Source of the DNA: a virus
Lineage: Duplodnaviria > Caudoviricetes
IMG/VR virus record: IMGVR_UViG_3300022926_001762
Coordinates: 1 to 55,918 of that record
DNA: 55,918 nucleotides
Strand: one strand, 5' to 3'
Position 1 is the first letter of the stretch. Every line of letters begins with the position of its first letter. Under the pieces are notes generated by a model. That model saw only the letters and a program-made list of their open reading frames with translations, did not search any database and was not told where the DNA came from. The translations under genes and the position numbers were made by a program. This document shows positions 44,462-55,298 of the stretch, piece after piece.

Positions 44462-46249
44462 ATGGCTAGACAACGAAGAAGACAACCCTTGACTTATGAT
44501 TCTAGAAAGGCTGGTGGATTAAACCAAACCAACTTTGGAGACATAGCAAAGACCTTTACAGAGGGGCAAAGATATATAAGAGAGGTAGCCGAAAGAACCG
44601 ACAAGAAGATTCAAGAGAATGTCAATCAGGTGATGGAAAGCACCGATTACAAGTATATTGGGCAAGCAGACATAGACTCAGCTTCAGCTGATGTAATGAA
44701 TGGAATAAGAAACGATCTTTTCGCAGAAAAAGCAAAGATTGGAATAGACGGATACACTGTTAATGACTTTAATAAAGTTTATAATAAAGCCATGAATAGC
44801 GCAAAAAGCTTTGGAGGTGTCCAAGAGTTTGCTAAGACGCAGTTAGAGGCGATAGAGAAAAACGACAAGCTTTCCGATATAGTAAAAGATGGCTTCATAA
44901 ACAATATTGGAGCTGCTTTTAGTAAGGACGGTAAATATCGAGTTGATTTCAGACAAGGTGATATAATAATGACCTCATATCAAGAGGACGAAGATGGTAA
45001 TGTAACTGAAGTTCCTACTGACATGAAGAGATTTATGATCAATGGACAGGATGAGATTGAGAAGTTTGATGCTTTAGGATCTGTTTCTGATATTCAAAAA
45101 ATATACATGGATCGTCAAAAAGATTATTTAGGTGTTGATTTTCAGCAAATACAGGGAAATCCTGGTTTATGGGCAGAAACACTTACTACTAGTGGCGAAG
45201 GACCTAAATTTAAAGCGTTCTTGGACTCTCACATAGAAAATTTCTCCAAGTCAGACGAAGCTATTGCTTATGCTTATGATAGTATGGGAATGAAATTAGG
45301 TAGAGATATATCTCAGAGAGATGGTAAATTCCTGTTAAGCAATGAGCAAAGAAAGGAAATAGGAGAGAACTACAGAACTATGATCGAAGGTCAGATGGGA
45401 ATTAAGCAGGATGGTCAAGGAAGATACATCGCTGCACCATCTGTTTCTGGAGGATCTAGCAAGGCAGCTCCATTTCAAACTACATTTTCTTATAATCCAT
45501 CTGTCCCTATGGCTGATGGTGTAGCTACAGCAGGATGGAATTCGAAAGTTATGGCTGCTTCATTAACATCAAGCTTGTTGCCAAAATCAGAAAGATCAAG
45601 CATAAGCTCAGAAGACACTAATATTGCTTTACAGAGTAAGATTAAAACTATTTTTGAAAATGATCCAGCTCAACTTGCTGCATTTGAAAACAGAAATAGA
45701 GACATGTATATGTATGTAGGTGGACGAGCCATTATGACTAATGATGAAGACCTAAGCTATACGCCAGTTGGTATTTCAGCTGATATGCAGAGTCAAGATT
45801 TATCTGAATTAGCAATAAGCTCATCTAACGATAGAGCATTTTCAAATATATCTGGAATAATGGTCGTTGAAAGAGAGGTAAAGGACGATGAAGGAAAAGT
45901 TAGTAAAGAGCAATTCTTTAGGCTTAGAGGTAATGTAACTTTGGAAGAAAGTCTTACGGCAAGAGAGGTTGCGTTTGAAGGGGGTAATTTAGCCAAGGAC
46001 GGATCTAAGCTTTCTGCTAGTCAAAACAGATCTCTTATGACAACGGAGTTTTCAGATCCTTTAAACGACGAAAATGTAGAGCTTGTTCTAGGGTCTATAG
46101 CTAAAGCAAACCCTTCATTCAAGACTCGATATGAAACAGCTTTATTGGTTGCTTCTAGAAATGGGGTAGATGTATATAATCCCGTAAGTAGAAGAAAAAT
46201 TCAGGCTGATTTTTTAAAATCTTTAGTAACTTCACCAGTAGCGAAATAA
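44462..46249 (+). CDS. Putative internal virion / ejection protein
   Basis: 595-aa helical ORF between the small and very large ejection-type genes. Confidence 0.55.
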   Translation: MARQRRRQPLTYDSRKAGGLNQTNFGDIAKTFTEGQRYIREVAERTDKKIQENVNQVMESTDYKYIGQADIDSASADVMNGIRNDLFAEKAKIGIDGYTVNDFNKVYNKAMNSAKSFGGVQEFAKTQLEAIEKNDKLSDIVKDGFINNIGAAFSKDGKYRVDFRQGDIIMTSYQEDEDGNVTEVPTDMKRFMINGQDEIEKFDALGSVSDIQKIYMDRQKDYLGVDFQQIQGNPGLWAETLTTSGEGPKFKAFLDSHIENFSKSDEAIAYAYDSMGMKLGRDISQRDGKFLLSNEQRKEIGENYRTMIEGQMGIKQDGQGRYIAAPSVSGGSSKAAPFQTTFSYNPSVPMADGVATAGWNSKVMAASLTSSLLPKSERSSISSEDTNIALQSKIKTIFENDPAQLAAFENRNRDMYMYVGGRAIMTNDEDLSYTPVGISADMQSQDLSELAISSSNDRAFSNISGIMVVEREVKDDEGKVSKEQFFRLRGNVTLEESLTAREVAFEGGNLAKDGSKLSASQNRSLMTTEFSDPLNDENVELVLGSIAKANPSFKTRYETALLVASRNGVDVYNPVSRRKIQADFLKSLVTSPVAK

Positions 46250-46258
46250 AAAACAAAT

Positions 46259-49200
46259 ATGGATCCAATAGAATTTAAAAAAGCATTAGGCTCTGAACCA
46301 GGACTTCTCTACAATAACCCAAATGTTGTTGGTGACGTTTATCAAAGAACTGGAATTAATTTCCGTTCAGAAGAAAGGATAAAGCTTTACATGGAGAAGA
46401 ACGAGATCAGCTTTGAAGGTTTTGATGCAAAACCATTGGTTGAAAAAAAAAATCTAGACCTGACTCAACCTCAAGAACCAAGTTCATTGGAATTACAATC
46501 ACCTGGTTCGGTAGAGAGTGGTACATCGGTTCCTACAGCTAGTGGAATAGACAGAATTGAGTCTAGAATAGCTGAATACAGGGCTAATGAATCAGAAAGA
46601 ATTAATAGCCATAGATTTAATGGAATAACAGCTGATTTTTTAGATAGAGAAGAATCCGAGGTAAAGGTTGATCTTGAAAACCTAATAAGAACCTCTAATT
46701 TTGGCGAAAGATTTGTTATTAAAGAGGCTCAGCCTGGAAGAAATGCAATAGAAGTATTGTCTAAAGATGGTTCTGATCAAATACTCATAGACCTTTCTTT
46801 AAATGGACTCATGAATACTGATGGTCAAAAGTCAGATCACTTATTGACTCAAGCCAGCAAACTAAGAGATTTTTTCTCAAAAAATACAGGATCAAGTTTT
46901 TATACTGCATTAGAGTCTTTTAAGAGAGATCCTGACATTGCTTTATATGATGTTCTGGAAAGCAATATGAATGTTCCTGGAGAATACATCAAGAGCATGG
47001 CTTTAAGTACAGAAGAAGATTCTCCTAAATCTATTTACAGTGAGGTGTTTGTTGGTGAGCCTGGGAGAAAAAGGATCTCCATGGACGGATTAAATTTAAA
47101 CCGCGAAAATATTAAAAAAGAGCTAGAAAAAGCTAGAAAAGAGCAAGCGGAAAAGTCTTCAGGATATTTACCTAGAACTGGAGTTAATTTAAAGCCAGTA
47201 ACTTCTGAGGATGCCAATTTTTTAAAAGAAAACAAAACCAGAATAGAGGAGCTTGAAAGCACATTGACTGGTCTTGACAAGATAGAAAGCAAATATCTTG
47301 TACAAAGATCTAATTTTTCCAGAAATGCAGCTCAACTAATACATTCAGGGGGCGGATTAAAAAAGTTTCTCGGAGAAGGTATGATGGCTAAATTCAAAAT
47401 GGAGTCATTGGTTAATAGTGGATTAGATCCTAGAGACATAAAGATGAAAGAAATTCAAATAGACGGCTCTGACGCTAGTTTAAATGAATTGACTCACTTC
47501 ACTCAGGACGGAACTTTAAGAGACGCTATATACAGTGGAGATATATCTGTTAGTGTCTCTGATTTCAACGAAAGTGAGGGGTATGATTTTCTAAAGCCAA
47601 TAGTTGAAAAGGCAAAGGAGACGGAGAGAGTTCAGCTAAGAGATCTTGGTAGTTTCTGGAGAGGTCTTTCAGCAATTGGATCAACAATTTTAGCTTCTGG
47701 TATGGAGGGACTCTCCAACGTTGTAGCTACAGCTCTTGATGCGCAGAGAATAACAGAAGAAGCTGTCTATGGATTGTCGCTGAACGAAGATTCGGCATAT
47801 GACATGAAAGATGTCGAGAGATTTCTTGATATGAAGTATGAATCTATTATGAATGAAGATCTTTTCTGGAAAGCTGCACAATCTATCAGAAAAGAAATTC
47901 CCGTAATAGAAGGCTCTATATCTGATGCTGAGTCTATGTCTCAGTTCTTTAGTAAGGGAGCAAAGGGCGCTGCTGAGTCAGCTCTAAATATGGGTCTTTT
48001 TATTATGGCTCCTCCAGTAGGTTTGGCTAATATTGGTATTGGAAGCTACGGCTCTACCATAAGAGAAACTACCAACATAAGAAATTATATTTCTGGAACT
48101 GGAGATCCTGATGCACAATATAGAGGATACAAAGACATGAATGTTTGGCAAGCTAGAGCTTTAGCTGGGTCAAAAGCATTGGGAGAAACACTTATTACTC
48201 GTGCCTTTACTTATAATTTTCTAAAGGGTCTTGGGAATAGCGCAAAAGCAGCTAATCTTAACCTGAACAAGGCGAATGAAATGACTGATTTTTACGCAAA
48301 GTCTTTCATTAATAACATAAATCCTATGTTTAGAAAAAGTTTTGTTAATGAGTTTAAAGAAGAAAACTTAATTACAGTCTCTCAGATGTGGACTGAACAG
48401 CTTTTTGGAACAAAAGATTACACTTTCAAGGACTACGCTAAAGCTATGGGAGACACAGCTCTTCAATTGCCATTTTTGACAATGCCAATGACTGCTGCTG
48501 GTTATAAAACAATGAGCAAAAGCTCTAAAGCGTTTACTGATCAGATGATAGTGAATGCTGTTGGAGGTAAGGATTTATTTGACCTGGAGACCAAATTCAG
48601 ACAACTAGATAGCGAGATAAGAAAGGTTGAGGAAGAAAAACTAGAAGTAACTCCTAGGTTTATAGATGATTTATATGATAGAAGAGATGCTGTTTCTGAC
48701 GCTATTGTAGCGAGAAACAATCAAGTTTTATCAGATATTCAAGAGATAACCGACAAAGGGACTCTTGTAAAAATAGCTAAGAATCAAGCTAAAATACAAC
48801 ACAACAATTATGTGTCTCGTTTAGATGAGACAAGCGACAGAAAGCGACAGCTTCTTGTAGATGATAATACTAATCTTTACGATGAAAACATAAAGCTTTT
48901 CGAGGGTATGGACTCTAAGAAAGCGCAAGAAGTTTTTGACAAAAACACTGAGGACGCAAAAAGTAAAGCTAATCAAAACGCAATAGATACAAAGGCAACA
49001 GACTTAAATCCTCAAGAGCAAACTGCTTGGCTTTTAATTTCTTCTCAATTGTCTAGCGAGGACTTTCAAAAAGAATCTTTAGCTAGAGCTGGTAAAGATG
49101 TTCCAGACTCAAAAAAAACAATAACACCGTATTCTCTTGGAGACAATGGGCTTATGGTTAAGACTACAATTGACGAAGGAGATGTTTATAAAGATACTTA

Positions 49201-52200
49201 TAATGTCTATAGAAAAGACGCTAATGGAAATGTAATCAATTCTGTTTACTCAAGCGCAGAAATTACTGACGCAATGAACGAAGAAGGTTCATTTGGAATT
49301 AACGTTAAGGTTATTGATCCATCACAAGACGCAAATTCTCCTATAGAATACTTTTCAACTTCCGTAGAGGGAGTTAACGACATTTTAAATGATTTATTCG
49401 AAAAAGTTACTGTTGATTACGAAATAAATGTGCCTGATGACGTTATTCAGGTCAATCAAAGATTAAGTGTATGGACTCCATCTTGGGCTCTTCAAGCTAA
49501 AGGAGCTAAGCTTGATCAAATGTTAAAGTCTAGTGAGCAATTAAAATCCGTATCTGATTTTTTAAATGTAGATTACGAATTAATTAACGAACAAAGCCCA
49601 TTCCATAAAGAGTACAAGGAACTCAAGAAGGCAGCTCAAAGTGATGATTTTAATGTAGTGGCTAGAGCTGTTAAAATTTTCGACCAAAAGGTTGTTAAGC
49701 CAACGAAAGTAGTTAGGGAGATTATGCTTAACAAGCCTGTAGCTGGAAAAATAAGCCCAATAACAAACTTGGAAGCTCTTTACACAGGGGTTGATGGTGA
49801 ATATACTATGGCTGATGCAGGTCACATCCTTTCTTTCTTATTGAAAAATGACAAGATGAGAACTCCTCTTCGAAATGTAAGTGGAGCAATAGACGCTACT
49901 CTTGGGAAAAATGCTGCAATAGCTAATCAGAAAATGAAAGATTACTCTACTCTTTCTTTTCTGCCTGGATTCAGAGACAATCTTGCGGTTAAAATGACTC
50001 CAAAAGCGCTTTCACAAGACAAACAGAGAAGAGAAAACTACTTGTCTTTAGAAGGGAACATAGATAGGACTGTTATCTCAATGATGGATCGATATGACCA
50101 AACATCGAAGCTCTCTCCAGAACAGCAGATTTCTAGAATGAAGCAAATCATTAAGGGCAATATTGAAAAGTTAAGCAAAGACACTAGTACTCATGGAAAA
50201 AGAAGAGCTGAGGCTTGGAAGAGGTCATACAATAATTTAGTTGAGGGAGTTTCTAATCACGATGAATTCGTAAAAAGAGCTCAAGAGGTTAGCGCAGACA
50301 ACTATTTAGGAGTAAAAGAGCTTCAGAAGATTTATACTCCTGAGCTTACCGAGAGAACATTGTCGCACATGTCGGATTACTACGGAAGAACGCCCAAAAG
50401 AATTACAAGGTATCTTCCAATGATATTGACTAGCGATAATGCAAATAACACCAATGATGCTTCTGACGAAACTATGCTTTACAGAAGCACATCTGGTCCT
50501 GCATCCATAAAGGATTTAACTGAATTTGATAATATTCTAGAGACTGATAGAACTATTTTTGGAGATAACTTTGACGCTTTGGTTTTTAGAAGTCATCAAA
50601 ACATAAACAACGAGATTGAGTCGAGAGAAAATCTAGACATCATGGCTGGTGTATTGAAGAGTCCAGAGTTTCGTGACATGTTTGACACCGAACAGAGAAA
50701 AACCATTGGAGGCGCAAAATCTGAGGCTGATTTTGATTATATGATCGGTTTGCTTAATACAAAAGTTGAGGACGTTAACTCAATGATCGGAAGCACTGGA
50801 TCTACAATGATGAGAGAAAGTAGCGTTTATAACGAAACTAAAAAGGCTTTATACGACTTTGTTTCTGCGTCAAGATTGGGATCATTTTCCATGAGGGCTT
50901 CTCAAGGGGGATCAGCTATGATTGGAGCTTCATTAAACATGTCTGTAGATGGATCAAACATGATGTATAACAGTTTGGCTAATTTCCTTGCTTTTAATTT
51001 AAAATCAAAACAGGAGTCTAACACTGAATTTATGAAGGTGTTGTCTAGGTCTGCTACAGCTGCAAGATCTGGATTAGACGCAATACCTGGTCTTGATCAA
51101 GCGGAAAGAAGAAAGGGAAATTACGTTCTTACAGAGGCTGCAATGAAATTAGCAGAGGCTTCGCAAAAAGCAAGCTCATTCATATTGAAAAAAACCGTTG
51201 CTGAGTCAGATGCGTCAGCAGGGATAGCTTCTTTTGGCGGTTTTTATTATGATAGAATGAAGCAAACTCATCCTACAGAAACCAAAGACATGAGCTATGA
51301 TGATTTCTGGAAGTGGGCTAACACCAAAGAAGGAACTAAAGCAGATATTGACGCCATTGCTTATGCTGACGAACAAGTAAATAGATCACAGTTGATTGCA
51401 GCTTCACAGAATCAAGGAAGCTTTTACAAAGACAACAAGGATGTTGCTAGAATTGTATTTCCTTTTGGAAAATTTGCGTTTAACAGAAAGGTTGGTATGG
51501 CTAACGACATATCCATTCTAAATAGTGAGTTAACTTCCGAAGGAGACAAATCAAGAGCTAGAAATAGGCTAAAGTCTGCTGCTGCTGAGATTGCAACTTT
51601 TAAATTAATACAGCCTGCTGCTGCTACTCTTGCAGCTAAAGCATCAATAGGAGCATTAGCTTCATTAGTTGGTTTTGATGACGAATATGATAGTCTTGTT
51701 AATGAAATGAACAGAAAGATAAATGCATTGAATCCAATCGGAAGAGAGGCTCTAAGACAGCCTTTTGAGGTTTCAAACTTTAGCAGAGATGTTCAAAAAG
51801 AGTTTATCACATCTTTAATTGATGGTATGTTGCCTGTACCAACGCCAGGAATTGTCAATGAGCCTATTTTTGCTGGATTAAACTCTTTAGTAATAAAATC
51901 TGGATTATCCGAAGATGAGTTTTTTAATGTTTTTTCTAAAAACATAAGAGATATGTTTGGAGAACCTGATCCGAAAAACCAAGCTATGAGTCAAAAAGAC
52001 TTTGTTTATATGGTTTTTACTGAGCTAGGGATGGCTGGAATGGCGGTTGAAGACATATACGGTATAGTTGAAACTTATGATGCTTTAATGCATAATGTTT
52101 CTGCAAATAAATATTCTGAAGTTTCAGCGGACAGAGAATACGTTCCGCAAGTACGAGATGCTGTTGTAACTTTAGCTCAACTTAAAGCATTGGAACTTGT

Positions 52201-52309
52201 TATGCCTTCAGCTGATTTGAAAAGATTTACTAGAACTCTAAAGGGTTTGCTTGACAGAAAGTACACTGTAACTATTAAAGACAAGCCTGTAGAAGAGACT
52301 GTTGAATAG
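46259..52309 (+). CDS. Very large internal virion / ejection protein
   Basis: 2016 aa, helical with Gly/Ala hydrophobic segments; last gene of the structural block; no enzyme motif recognised. Confidence 0.6.
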   Translation: MDPIEFKKALGSEPGLLYNNPNVVGDVYQRTGINFRSEERIKLYMEKNEISFEGFDAKPLVEKKNLDLTQPQEPSSLELQSPGSVESGTSVPTASGIDRIESRIAEYRANESERINSHRFNGITADFLDREESEVKVDLENLIRTSNFGERFVIKEAQPGRNAIEVLSKDGSDQILIDLSLNGLMNTDGQKSDHLLTQASKLRDFFSKNTGSSFYTALESFKRDPDIALYDVLESNMNVPGEYIKSMALSTEEDSPKSIYSEVFVGEPGRKRISMDGLNLNRENIKKELEKARKEQAEKSSGYLPRTGVNLKPVTSEDANFLKENKTRIEELESTLTGLDKIESKYLVQRSNFSRNAAQLIHSGGGLKKFLGEGMMAKFKMESLVNSGLDPRDIKMKEIQIDGSDASLNELTHFTQDGTLRDAIYSGDISVSVSDFNESEGYDFLKPIVEKAKETERVQLRDLGSFWRGLSAIGSTILASGMEGLSNVVATALDAQRITEEAVYGLSLNEDSAYDMKDVERFLDMKYESIMNEDLFWKAAQSIRKEIPVIEGSISDAESMSQFFSKGAKGAAESALNMGLFIMAPPVGLANIGIGSYGSTIRETTNIRNYISGTGDPDAQYRGYKDMNVWQARALAGSKALGETLITRAFTYNFLKGLGNSAKAANLNLNKANEMTDFYAKSFINNINPMFRKSFVNEFKEENLITVSQMWTEQLFGTKDYTFKDYAKAMGDTALQLPFLTMPMTAAGYKTMSKSSKAFTDQMIVNAVGGKDLFDLETKFRQLDSEIRKVEEEKLEVTPRFIDDLYDRRDAVSDAIVARNNQVLSDIQEITDKGTLVKIAKNQAKIQHNNYVSRLDETSDRKRQLLVDDNTNLYDENIKLFEGMDSKKAQEVFDKNTEDAKSKANQNAIDTKATDLNPQEQTAWLLISSQLSSEDFQKESLARAGKDVPDSKKTITPYSLGDNGLMVKTTIDEGDVYKDTYNVYRKDANGNVINSVYSSAEITDAMNEEGSFGINVKVIDPSQDANSPIEYFSTSVEGVNDILNDLFEKVTVDYEINVPDDVIQVNQRLSVWTPSWALQAKGAKLDQMLKSSEQLKSVSDFLNVDYELINEQSPFHKEYKELKKAAQSDDFNVVARAVKIFDQKVVKPTKVVREIMLNKPVAGKISPITNLEALYTGVDGEYTMADAGHILSFLLKNDKMRTPLRNVSGAIDATLGKNAAIANQKMKDYSTLSFLPGFRDNLAVKMTPKALSQDKQRRENYLSLEGNIDRTVISMMDRYDQTSKLSPEQQISRMKQIIKGNIEKLSKDTSTHGKRRAEAWKRSYNNLVEGVSNHDEFVKRAQEVSADNYLGVKELQKIYTPELTERTLSHMSDYYGRTPKRITRYLPMILTSDNANNTNDASDETMLYRSTSGPASIKDLTEFDNILETDRTIFGDNFDALVFRSHQNINNEIESRENLDIMAGVLKSPEFRDMFDTEQRKTIGGAKSEADFDYMIGLLNTKVEDVNSMIGSTGSTMMRESSVYNETKKALYDFVSASRLGSFSMRASQGGSAMIGASLNMSVDGSNMMYNSLANFLAFNLKSKQESNTEFMKVLSRSATAARSGLDAIPGLDQAERRKGNYVLTEAAMKLAEASQKASSFILKKTVAESDASAGIASFGGFYYDRMKQTHPTETKDMSYDDFWKWANTKEGTKADIDAIAYADEQVNRSQLIAASQNQGSFYKDNKDVARIVFPFGKFAFNRKVGMANDISILNSELTSEGDKSRARNRLKSAAAEIATFKLIQPAAATLAAKASIGALASLVGFDDEYDSLVNEMNRKINALNPIGREALRQPFEVSNFSRDVQKEFITSLIDGMLPVPTPGIVNEPIFAGLNSLVIKSGLSEDEFFNVFSKNIRDMFGEPDPKNQAMSQKDFVYMVFTELGMAGMAVEDIYGIVETYDALMHNVSANKYSEVSADREYVPQVRDAVVTLAQLKALELVMPSADLKRFTRTLKGLLDRKYTVTIKDKPVEETVE

Positions 52310-52327
52310 TGATAGTGATAAATTAGT

Positions 52328-52777
52328 CTATAAAATTGTTTTTAAATAAGCAACAACTTGATCACAATCTTTTTGATTCCTGGGCATAAATAGCTTTGTG
52401 TTTATTTCTTTCTCTATAAGATGCATTTTAAATAGTTTCCATCTTATTGGGAAGGATTCGTTTGGATTGCCTTTTGTTTCTATGATAAACCTAGGAGGAT
52501 CCTGTACGTCTATAAAGTCTGGCGTGTACTTTATTCCTAAAAGCTTTTTATTTCCTCTGTCAGTAAGTTGTTTACTGCCCTTGGTTTTTTCCCAAGAATC
52601 CATATCGAAATTACACCCTTCTACTATTTGAAATGTTTTGCCTTCGTAATGATTTTTTATTTTCTCTTTCTTGAGCTGTCTGTACATGTACAGCTCTAAT
52701 TTTGATGCGAACTGAATTCCATCCTCATTAACTTTTGTATGCCTTGTAATTTGTCTTGACTTAGTTCTTCTTCTCAT
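52328..52777 (-). CDS. PD-(D/E)XK endonuclease (T7 endonuclease I / DUF1064-like)
   Basis: FASKLE, YE, YTPDF and IIETKG motifs. Confidence 0.8.
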   Translation of the reverse strand: MRRRTKSRQITRHTKVNEDGIQFASKLELYMYRQLKKEKIKNHYEGKTFQIVEGCNFDMDSWEKTKGSKQLTDRGNKKLLGIKYTPDFIDVQDPPRFIIETKGNPNESFPIRWKLFKMHLIEKEINTKLFMPRNQKDCDQVVAYLKTIL

Positions 52778-53064
52778 AATTTTATTCTAGGGTAATCGGA
52801 TCCTTCTTCATCCATCCATTCGTTGCATATTTCTGCAACCATTTTATGATATTCTTCTGTAGTGTGTTCTGTCCCTCTGTTGCTTACAATGCATATTTCA
52901 GGTCTATTTTCATACACAGCACAGCTGTTGTCTTCATTTAAGTTTACGCAGCTACCGTCTTTTCTAGCCTTTAGGTTTACTTCTTTCAGTTGTTCTTCGC
53001 TTAGCAGGTTTAGTTTCCTACAGCAAGCACCGCAACCTACGCATGGGAATTTACTCGTCGACAT
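52774..53064 (-). CDS. YkgJ-family cysteine-cluster (Zn/Fe-S) protein
   Basis: C..CGACC...C..L.....C.VY..RP..C pattern. Confidence 0.85.
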   Translation of the reverse strand: MSTSKFPCVGCGACCRKLNLLSEEQLKEVNLKARKDGSCVNLNEDNSCAVYENRPEICIVSNRGTEHTTEEYHKMVAEICNEWMDEEGSDYPRIKL

Positions 53065-53515
53065 CTATTACGTACATTAGATCATTATACCCTATACTAC
53101 GAAACATTGACATTGCTTCTGTCTCGCCCTTAGCTATCAAAAAGTCGTTCTCAATAACTGGCTCAATCCCATCATTAGTTCTTATCTCTCCTGTACAAGG
53201 AACATATTTTTTATAATCATTTATACTATTCCAGTATAGTACTTCTCTTAATTCTTGAAAAAACTCAAACGAATTAAAACAATACAATACAGCTTCCTCA
53301 ACAGTAAGCAAGTATCTGTCGCATAGATAATGTATTTTACTGTTTTTTATCATCCTATACATTACGCTTGAACTTAGAGCGTCGTCAATTATCTCAACAT
53401 ACATGTAATTATAATAAAGCTTATCGTAAACATTTATTTCTTCTAAATATTCCACAAAAAGATCTATTTGTTTTTCGGAAAGGACTTTGCTAAATAGTAT
53501 TTTATCTTTAAGCAT
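53051..53515 (-). CDS. Hypothetical protein
   Basis: ORF in the minus-strand block; ATG at 53515 preferred to TTG at 53530. Confidence 0.6.
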   Translation of the reverse strand: MLKDKILFSKVLSEKQIDLFVEYLEEINVYDKLYYNYMYVEIIDDALSSSVMYRMIKNSKIHYLCDRYLLTVEEAVLYCFNSFEFFQELREVLYWNSINDYKKYVPCTGEIRTNDGIEPVIENDFLIAKGETEAMSMFRSIGYNDLMYVIDVDE

Positions 53516-53528
53516 ACTGTAAAAATAC

Positions 53529-53562
53529 AAAAAAAACTCCTGGCGAATTAATCAACCAGGAG
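53529..53562 (-). terminator. Rho-independent terminator (minus strand)
   Basis: CTCCTGG...CCAGGAG inverted repeat with an A-run on the + strand (U-tract on the minus transcript). Confidence 0.7.
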
Positions 53563-53592
53563 CTAAACAAAAAAAACTAATTATAAACTAAA

Positions 53593-53796
53593 CTATGCCT
53601 GTTTATACCAGATGAAAGATATTCCACCTACGAAGATTAATAGCTGTATCATATGTACGCTCTCGCCTTCTTCTTGCACTTCTTCTGCATCAAAATCCAT
53701 ATATGAATCCCAGTAATTAATACCAGCAGCTAATCCGTATATTGGGAAAAATCTAATTTCCAACATTTTCATTTGATTCTTTAGCTTGATCAGCAT
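53593..53796 (-). CDS. Small hypothetical protein (true start probably internal)
   Basis: 67-aa ORF overlapping the upstream gene; hydrophobic C-terminus. Confidence 0.55.
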   Translation of the reverse strand: MLIKLKNQMKMLEIRFFPIYGLAAGINYWDSYMDFDAEEVQEEGESVHMIQLLIFVGGISFIWYKQA

Positions 53797-53989
53797 TTTG
53801 AGCAGCTAATTCTTTAACTTTTTCTAAAGACTCTTCGTATCCGTCAAGGTTTCTGGTGATTTGATGCACTGTAACGACCATTGCATGAAGCTCTTGAAGA
53901 TTGGAATTTAGACCAATCAAGTTGGCTTTTAAAGTAATTAATTCTTTTTGTAAAGAATCTAGTCTTGATTTTTTTTCAGTTGTTGCCAT
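53753..53989 (-). CDS. Small coiled-coil protein
   Basis: Heptad pattern LDSLQKELITLKANL. Confidence 0.65.
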   Translation of the reverse strand: MATTEKKSRLDSLQKELITLKANLIGLNSNLQELHAMVVTVHQITRNLDGYEESLEKVKELAAQNADQAKESNENVGN

Positions 53990-53992
53990 GAT

Positions 53993-55135
53993 TTAAAATA
54001 AATGTGTTAGTCGAGCTAATTGCCCATGTTCTTTTGAGTGTATAAAGCCCTCAACGGCTTTAGGTGCGTGCTGGTATCCGTTTCTGTGATGCCAAGAGTC
54101 TGTGCCTGAAGGAGACCTTAAAGCCTCTACAGTGACTCCTATGTAGTCTTTCGACACTTTGTGATGAACGTGATGCGTGTAAACGTATCTGTGTTTTGTT
54201 TTTGACCACTCTTCCTTAGCTTCTTGAGCCATTAATATTGGAAGATCTTGCTGTTTAGCTCCATCTCCATGAGTGGTCCCAATAAGATTATTGTGATACC
54301 TATAATACTTTCTATGAGATATAGATGTATCGAACGTAATATTCTTGCAGTCTTTGTACCAAGATTTGATTGCATCTGCCAAAAAGAAACCATTGGTATA
54401 GTCGTGGTTTGATGGGTTATACATTACATGTATATCCGCTACGCTTATCAAAGAGTCTAGCACGTCAATGTATAATTTTTTAGCAATCAAAAAGTTCTCA
54501 TACCACATTCCATCAGTATCCTGTGGAGTTCCAGCAGAGGTTTGTCTTTTGGGAGTATCTATATGCAAAATATCGTTTCCAGCGATAAAAAGTATCGCAT
54601 CTATGTTAAATCCACTAGACTTATCTAGTATGCCTTGAACACCTTCTTTTACTCTTTTAACTGCTATTTGAGAATTATAGTCCTCTCCTGTTTCAAAACT
54701 AGTTGCTAGTTTCCCAATATGTATATCAGCAGGATCAATGACAAGTAAATTAGAAGAAGGATGTTTTTCTCGTTTAATCTCCTCATACTTAAATGTGTGT
54801 TTTTTAACGTCATCAATATGGTCTTTAAGCATTTCCTCAAAGGAGGGACCTTCGTTTGCAGATGGTTTGAATTGAATTGACCATTTTTTATCTTTTTGCC
54901 AAGCAATACCAACTGTACTTATATCAATTCCTCTTTCCTGACAAGCCAAGTCAAGGGCAGGGTTATTTATTTTCCTATCCTGTTTTTGTAAATATTTGCT
55001 AATATTTCTTCTGAGTTTTTCAACGGTTGTGTCTTTCAGATTGAAATGCTTTACAGCCATTTTAGCCAATAAAGTCTTGTTGTTAAAGCCTTTATGATAG
55101 TGATCTTCTATATACTTCCAAAATTCATCACTCAT
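53993..55135 (-). CDS. Calcineurin-like metallophosphoesterase with an N-terminal HTH-like region
   Basis: ADIHIG, GNDILHID, SNHD, THGD and HHVHH metal-binding motifs. Confidence 0.85.
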   Translation of the reverse strand: MSDEFWKYIEDHYHKGFNNKTLLAKMAVKHFNLKDTTVEKLRRNISKYLQKQDRKINNPALDLACQERGIDISTVGIAWQKDKKWSIQFKPSANEGPSFEEMLKDHIDDVKKHTFKYEEIKREKHPSSNLLVIDPADIHIGKLATSFETGEDYNSQIAVKRVKEGVQGILDKSSGFNIDAILFIAGNDILHIDTPKRQTSAGTPQDTDGMWYENFLIAKKLYIDVLDSLISVADIHVMYNPSNHDYTNGFFLADAIKSWYKDCKNITFDTSISHRKYYRYHNNLIGTTHGDGAKQQDLPILMAQEAKEEWSKTKHRYVYTHHVHHKVSKDYIGVTVEALRSPSGTDSWHHRNGYQHAPKAVEGFIHSKEHGQLARLTHLF

Positions 55136-55298
55136 TGTTGTCGTGTAAAAGCTTTCTCAACTCTTGAAGCTGGTAGATAAGCTTATTAATTTTATTTTTA
55201 GCAACGTCAAATTCTTCATCCGTTATAGCCTCATAGATATCGGTTATCAGTTCATTTAGTTCTGAAAAATACCTTATAACAAATGATCCGTACTTCAT
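55128..55298 (-). CDS. Small helical protein, 56 aa, absent from the ORF track
   Basis: MKYGSFVIRYFSELNELITDIYEAITDEEFDVAKNKINKLIYQLQELRKLLHDNNE; overlaps both neighbours. Confidence 0.7.
   Translation of the reverse strand: MKYGSFVIRYFSELNELITDIYEAITDEEFDVAKNKINKLIYQLQELRKLLHDNNE

Noticed and set aside
46259-52309. crAss-type virion RNA polymerase
   Set aside because: No DxDxD catalytic motif recognised, and host-type promoters are used throughout
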